Of a DNA stretch of 64,000 nt, positions 59,098 to 64,000 are shown one piece after another. The notes below the pieces were generated by a model, which saw only the letters and a list, made by a program, of their open reading frames with translations, ran no database searches and was not told the DNA's origin. The first letter of the stretch is position 1. The number at the start of each line of letters is the position of its first letter. The stretch covers positions 212,549-276,548 of the forward strand of contig DATDRP010000003.1 of NCBI GenBank assembly GCA_035291665.1. The letters are read 5' to 3'. Origin of the DNA: Patescibacteria group bacterium. Its GTDB lineage: Bacteria > Patescibacteriota > Microgenomatia > UBA8517. A program made the position numbers and the translations under genes.

Positions 59098-59198
59098 TTG
59101 TCTTGAGCATTGATAAACAAATCTTCTTAAACTAGAATTTATATGGTAGTAAAAAGAGATAAGGGCAAAGTTAAAAGTATTTAAAAAAAGGAAAATTT

Positions 59199-59528
59199 AT
59201 GAAACTCGCACAACTTATTAATCCAGTTCCCGGTGTCCATACCACAGATAATGGAATTGCAACAATAAAGGGTTTTGAATGGATTTTTAACAACATTGTC
59301 TTTTCCATCATCGCATTTGCCGGGATCGCTCTTTTTGTCATGCTTCTTGTGGGAGGATTTAAGTATCTGACGTCCGCAGGAAACCCTGAAAGCGTAGCTG
59401 CAGCTCAAAAAACTTTAACTTATGCACTAATCGGAATGGTCCTTGTTGCATTATCGTTTTTGATATTATTTCTTATTCAGACCTTTACGGGTGCGAATGT
59501 CACCGTATTCAACGTGACGGTTCCTTGA
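59199..59528 (+). CDS. TrbC/VirB2-type pilin-like protein
   Basis: TM1-GGFKYLTSAGNPESVAAAQK-TM2. Confidence 0.6.
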   Translation: MKLAQLINPVPGVHTTDNGIATIKGFEWIFNNIVFSIIAFAGIALFVMLLVGGFKYLTSAGNPESVAAAQKTLTYALIGMVLVALSFLILFLIQTFTGANVTVFNVTVP

Positions 59529-59613
59529 GGAAATTTGTCATGATGCCACTTTATCCCCCGAGTCTAACTCGATAGACACCTTGAACATATGATAAAATTT
59601 GTAAACAATACAT

Positions 59614-62600
59614 ATGACAAAAAAATTGTTCGCAATTGTCTTTTCATTCTTATTTTTAGCAAAGAGCTATTCAATAATTTCGGCGCAAACTCCAACAACT
59701 CTTGATTGTACAAACGGATTCCAAACGCTTTTCCCCGATCAAACAAGCGCAATAACCTACAAAGAAGTGACCCTCACTTCCCCCAGAAGAATGGTTGTCC
59801 ATATTGTCAAAGCCAACATCAATAGCGGGGATCTTGATTTTACAACAACGCCGCGAAAATATTTGGGATCAACTACTTCGACTTTTTTAACCGGCGTCGA
59901 CGCAGCGGTTGCCATAAACGGAAGCGGTTTTTTTGAGTCCGACCCGGAAGATCCGACCGGATTTAATTCATATCAGGGAGACCGATACTCATCCGATTCG
60001 GGATTGGGAATTTTGGGTTTTTTCATCTCCGAAGACAACGTTCCATCATTCACCTATTCAATCCCATCACCCTTGTGGGATGCATTAAGCGGCGTCAACC
60101 TTCTTGTGAGCAACAATAATATTTATGATCGATTAATAAGCTGCCCCCTTCAAAGCTGCACCCCTTCCGGCTGTGACACATCATACTGCACAGTTGCTCC
60201 CAGAACCGCACTTGGATTAAACGATGATAATATAATAATTATCGTCGTAGACGGCCGGTTGCCGGGTTACAGTGAAGGAGCAAGACTTGATGAGCTGGCG
60301 ACGATAATGCGAAGGTGTGAAGCGACAAATGCCGTAAACATGGATGGCGGAGGTTCTTCAACACTAGCCGCATCGGGCTTAAATTATACAGGTAATCAGA
60401 TTTTAAACCGCCCGAGCGACGGAACGGAAAGAACCGTTTCGAACCATTTCGGAATCTGTATTGGATCGTGTTCTGATATCAGCAGCAACCCGATTCTTAT
60501 ACTTCCTGAAGGGGAAGCCAGACCAAGATATCAGGCTGGTGCGGAGTATCCATTCCCATGTAACAGAAGCGCCCCTGATAATAGCATTCCTTTCTCCGAT
60601 GATGAATTTCATTCCTTAAGACCCTATCAGGCAAGTCCCTGCAATCCAAATAAGGAAGATCTTGCGCTTTTTTGCGGAAATGACTTGTTTGTCGGAGACA
60701 ATGTCACAATCATAAAAACCAATTATGAACCCCCCACTATTCCTGCTTACTCTGTAAACGGATCCCCCGCTTCACCCAATGTACCTTCCGATCCTTACAG
60801 CAATGCATGCTTTATCTGCGGAGATAGCGGCTATTGTCAAAGAACGCTGAATGTATATTGCGACAGCTCAGCCGATCAGTGCGACCCCAATATAACAAAC
60901 TCCTGCAGCCGGTGCATTAATAACGGCGACGGAACGGAAAGCTGCTCATTTGTTATTTCTTCATCAAAGCAAATAGCGGTGGATCTCTTTGGAGCGGAAC
61001 TGCCGATTATGGGTTACACCGAGCCCTCAGTGGGAAACACTAATGGACCGAAAGTGATAAACAGCCAAAACAAAACCGACGAAACCATGGATCACGCAAC
61101 AAAGATGAATGAATATGTCAGCTGGTACTTGAACGGTGTTATCGGAAGAGCCGAATATGATTTTCCCGACCCTACCCCCGACTGCGTCGGGGAATCATCA
61201 GACAAACCCGGCTGGTGTGAACCGTTGGTCCTCGGAAGTAATTACTGTATGACAAAAAGTTCAGTTCCTCTGGTTGGAGCAACCCCCAACTTCGATCATA
61301 TTGCCGATGGAAAGGATACCTGTTCTTCGGGAGAATATTGCTGCGTCAGCCAGTCAACTTCTGACAGTGGCAAAATTCCTGACCGGGAAATAACCAGTAA
61401 TTATTCCGGTCCGGTAAAAAAACTTCTTCCTTTTACTATCCAAAACATAGAAAGGATCGCTGAGATCAATGACGGTTTTGCTTCAAAAAATCTTGATACT
61501 CGTATCCGACATGATCAGTACGTAGGCTGCCACTTCGGTGGAATGTTTAATGTCAAAATTCCCTTTACAAGTACGTATGTTGATTTTTCGATTCTGGCAA
61601 TTCCAACACAATGTTACGGAGGCGGTTTTGTGGATTATATCAGAGACGAACTGCACCTGAGTGAATTCGCACCAAACAATCTTCCACCCGTTGAAGAAGA
61701 TTACCAGGGAAGGCCGTTTATTGAATTCCAAAAGGATTACAGGGAGTGGAAGGGCGACTGGTGTTATCCTTTGACGATCAATATTCCGATATTCGGTACT
61801 TTTCAATTCCTTTTGTGCTTTAACAATCCATTCAGTCCGGATATCTTTTCAAACCTTTTCAGCTTTACTCCGTTCACGTCAACCGAAGACCGACTGGGGG
61901 ATGTCAGGGTCAGGTCGGTTGGAATAGTTCCGATCGGATCCAACCTGCGGTTGATTTCCTACAGACTCAGGAACGTTAAAAATGCGGACCTCTTCTTTGC
62001 CCACATGGAAGAAGACACTCAGCTTTCTGCAAATCTTCAGGATACATTCATTTATAAAGACGCCGATCGCGATGATATCGGTTCGTCCTCATTTGTACCC
62101 TATGAACCATATTGCAGCTATCGCCGGGTCATTACTAATCCCGGAGACGATCTTTTTGCCGGAGAAATCTCAGCCGATGTTGACTATACGGTTGCTCTGA
62201 CCTGTCCCTTTTTTATCTGGGGAGATGGACAGAATGCTGATTACGGCAACCTTTGCCGGAACCTGAATAATGCGGAGTGTGTAAGAGCAATTCCCGCGGA
62301 TGCCACTTGGTGTGATGTAAGTTATGGGCAATTCGACTGCATCGGAGGACAAATTTGCGGTGTGAATTGCCAATCGGTGGTTGGAGTAGACGAATCAAAT
62401 TGCGAGTCCGCAGCAGCACTGGATTTTCCCAGTTTACCGTATGTTAATTCGGAGAACCCGGGTTGTGTACCGGAAAGCTTTGATGGTATATGCGAGGAGG
62501 TCAGCGATTATCCCAGTAGATCTCCTTATAGTATTCCCTACCCATACTGCAGAAGCGGATTTAAGTGTGTTTTCAATAAAAATACCTGTACGAGAAGCGA

Positions 62601-63546
62601 CCAGCAACCAACGACTACTCAAGCCTGTTATGGGCAAACACTGGTTGGCATAAGACTTCAGACCCGTACCCCTCTTGCGGATAAAGTCTGGGCAAGACTC
62701 GTTGCAGGATCAACCAGCGTTTTCAGGAAAATGTTTCCCAAAGTCGGAGAAGAAGGTGCCCCCATTGAAGGCATAGAAGATATCCCAACAGCAACAAACG
62801 TTACATATCAAAATCTTTCCGGAGGTCTTTTGTTTGCCGGTAACCCAGGAGATCAAAGACCGGGAAGCGCTGCCCAGCTTTACTTCCCCCATATCGGAGC
62901 TCTCCGGGAATATTTTCTCGGCGGGATCCAAACAATGCTGCGTCCTTATGAATACAAAGACACATTGATAAGCTCAACCTTGGAAGGAAGAACTCCAACT
63001 TATGTTTCCTCTGACTGCGGAGGCATTTCCGACGATCAGGTACCAGAACAATATTTGGGGGCGCTTAAGGAAGAATTCATCGCCTACTGTAATAAATTCG
63101 CCGGGGGAAACTTGGGTGAAGCCTGCTATAACGATATGGTCGTCAAATCCATAGCAGCCAATGTCAATCCGGCTTTCACCATGTCTATTTGGATAAACGA
63201 GTCTGCCTGCAGCAACTATACCTTCGGGGATATCGTCAATGATTTCGGAACGATGCTTGCACCAAGTAAAAATTACGAAGAGCAGCTTGATGCTTTCCTT
63301 GATAAAAGTACTGTTTACTGGACACACACTTCAAACTGCTACCAAAATTCATGGTTTTTGAGTTACATGCACGCATTTTTGTCATTCTTCAAAGCAGGAG
63401 ACACGGACGGAGACTGCCGGCCGAATAGTACCGCCGATGCGGAAAGATATTACAATGCAATAAAAGGAGTTTGGTATTCACTTATAGATATGGTAGACCC
63501 TACCTGTTATTTGCCGGATAATCCTGCGGATATGAGTTGTCCGTAG
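59614..63546 (+). CDS. 1310-aa Cys-rich secreted protein with N-terminal phosphodiester glycosidase (NAGPA/DUF2233-like) domain
   Basis: Signal peptide. AVAINGSGFF and NAVNMDGGGSSTL motifs characteristic of the phosphodiester glycosidase family. More than 60 Cys in the remainder. Confidence 0.6.
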   Translation: MTKKLFAIVFSFLFLAKSYSIISAQTPTTLDCTNGFQTLFPDQTSAITYKEVTLTSPRRMVVHIVKANINSGDLDFTTTPRKYLGSTTSTFLTGVDAAVAINGSGFFESDPEDPTGFNSYQGDRYSSDSGLGILGFFISEDNVPSFTYSIPSPLWDALSGVNLLVSNNNIYDRLISCPLQSCTPSGCDTSYCTVAPRTALGLNDDNIIIIVVDGRLPGYSEGARLDELATIMRRCEATNAVNMDGGGSSTLAASGLNYTGNQILNRPSDGTERTVSNHFGICIGSCSDISSNPILILPEGEARPRYQAGAEYPFPCNRSAPDNSIPFSDDEFHSLRPYQASPCNPNKEDLALFCGNDLFVGDNVTIIKTNYEPPTIPAYSVNGSPASPNVPSDPYSNACFICGDSGYCQRTLNVYCDSSADQCDPNITNSCSRCINNGDGTESCSFVISSSKQIAVDLFGAELPIMGYTEPSVGNTNGPKVINSQNKTDETMDHATKMNEYVSWYLNGVIGRAEYDFPDPTPDCVGESSDKPGWCEPLVLGSNYCMTKSSVPLVGATPNFDHIADGKDTCSSGEYCCVSQSTSDSGKIPDREITSNYSGPVKKLLPFTIQNIERIAEINDGFASKNLDTRIRHDQYVGCHFGGMFNVKIPFTSTYVDFSILAIPTQCYGGGFVDYIRDELHLSEFAPNNLPPVEEDYQGRPFIEFQKDYREWKGDWCYPLTINIPIFGTFQFLLCFNNPFSPDIFSNLFSFTPFTSTEDRLGDVRVRSVGIVPIGSNLRLISYRLRNVKNADLFFAHMEEDTQLSANLQDTFIYKDADRDDIGSSSFVPYEPYCSYRRVITNPGDDLFAGEISADVDYTVALTCPFFIWGDGQNADYGNLCRNLNNAECVRAIPADATWCDVSYGQFDCIGGQICGVNCQSVVGVDESNCESAAALDFPSLPYVNSENPGCVPESFDGICEEVSDYPSRSPYSIPYPYCRSGFKCVFNKNTCTRSDQQPTTTQACYGQTLVGIRLQTRTPLADKVWARLVAGSTSVFRKMFPKVGEEGAPIEGIEDIPTATNVTYQNLSGGLLFAGNPGDQRPGSAAQLYFPHIGALREYFLGGIQTMLRPYEYKDTLISSTLEGRTPTYVSSDCGGISDDQVPEQYLGALKEEFIAYCNKFAGGNLGEACYNDMVVKSIAANVNPAFTMSIWINESACSNYTFGDIVNDFGTMLAPSKNYEEQLDAFLDKSTVYWTHTSNCYQNSWFLSYMHAFLSFFKAGDTDGDCRPNSTADAERYYNAIKGVWYSLIDMVDPTCYLPDNPADMSCP

Positions 63547-63611
63547 CTAAGATTTCGGCTAATCTTACAAAATCAAACTTGTAGTAACGGTAAAAATATT
63601 ACATAATCAAA

Positions 63612-64000
63612 ATGATGTTAAGAAAAATAATTGCTTCATTATTATTAATTGTATTCTTGCTGACCCAAACTCTGTCATACGCCTCCGCCCAGGAAACTTA
63701 TCCCTGGTATTCGCAAAGCTATAAACAATGGTTTGTAAAAGTTTATGATCAGGACGTGTCTCCTCCGCAGGAAATCTTCGGTGAAAGGTATACTGCCGCC
63801 CAGGTTTCGTGGGTAATTTATTCGCTTATCGCTTTTGTTCAGCAGGGTGTATACAGGCTGATGGCGTGTATTTGGCAAGGGGGGGCTGGTCAAATCGGAT
63901 CCTGCTTATATCAAAATCTTCCTTTTCCGCCTGTAAGCGAGAATCTTGAAACTCCACAAAAAAGCGTTCTGGCAACACTATTCCCCGAAGAAAGACAGCT
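63612..64000 (+). CDS. secreted hypothetical protein (3' partial, runs off window)
   Basis: ATG at 63612 followed by a signal peptide (IIASLLLIVFLLTQTLSYASAQ). No stop before the window end. Confidence 0.35.
   Translation, partial: MMLRKIIASLLLIVFLLTQTLSYASAQETYPWYSQSYKQWFVKVYDQDVSPPQEIFGERYTAAQVSWVIYSLIAFVQQGVYRLMACIWQGGAGQIGSCLYQNLPFPPVSENLETPQKSVLATLFPEERQ

Noticed and set aside
61483-63327. Small minus-strand ORFs inside the 1310-aa gene (e.g. 61483-61806, 62974-63327)
   Set aside because: Antisense to a long ORF with clear domain signatures.
1-64000. rRNA genes, transposases or integrases
   Set aside because: No ORF shows DDE, tyrosine-recombinase (R..H..R..Y) or serine-recombinase motifs. 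No rRNA-like conserved stretches seen. The tRNA-linked cassettes therefore appear to be integrase-less remnants.

Overview
This is an AT-rich, gene-dense bacterial window. Its composition resembles a CPR/Patescibacteria-type genome: a short sigma-70, many GT-C-like polytopic membrane proteins, a comF gene and an abundance of small T4SS-pilin-like proteins. That placement is an inference from the sequence alone.

Housekeeping anchors I can support are smpB followed by the ssrA tmRNA, the dnaG-rpoD pair, asnB and an MsbA-like ABC exporter. There are also an orphan sensor histidine kinase, a class I SAM methyltransferase, a NUDIX hydrolase, an APH-type phosphotransferase, an HhH-GPD glycosylase and a SemiSWEET transporter. 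I called five tRNAs: Asn-GTT, Ser-GGA, Ser-GCT, Arg and Ser-CGA.

The most striking region is 51.6-63.5 kb, a surface-appendage locus. It holds a SpoIID/LytB protein, two large cysteine-rich secreted proteins that each end in a TrbC/VirB2-type pilin domain, and seven tandem small pilin paralogs. It closes with a 1310-aa cysteine-rich secreted protein carrying an N-terminal phosphodiester-glycosidase (NAGPA/DUF2233-like) domain.

The second theme is accretion at tRNA and tmRNA genes. Each such gene is followed by degenerate direct copies of its own 3' end, and these copies flank small one- to few-gene cassettes. The cassette genes include an HExxH peptidase, a 204-aa unknown, two GIY-YIG proteins and two M23-like peptidases. 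No integrase is visible in any of them.

A dispersed family of structured intergenic repeats also recurs through the window. Copies share conserved flanks but have variable, internally compensated hairpins built around the core GAGTCTGACTC.

No CRISPR array, rRNA gene or obvious transposase was seen.
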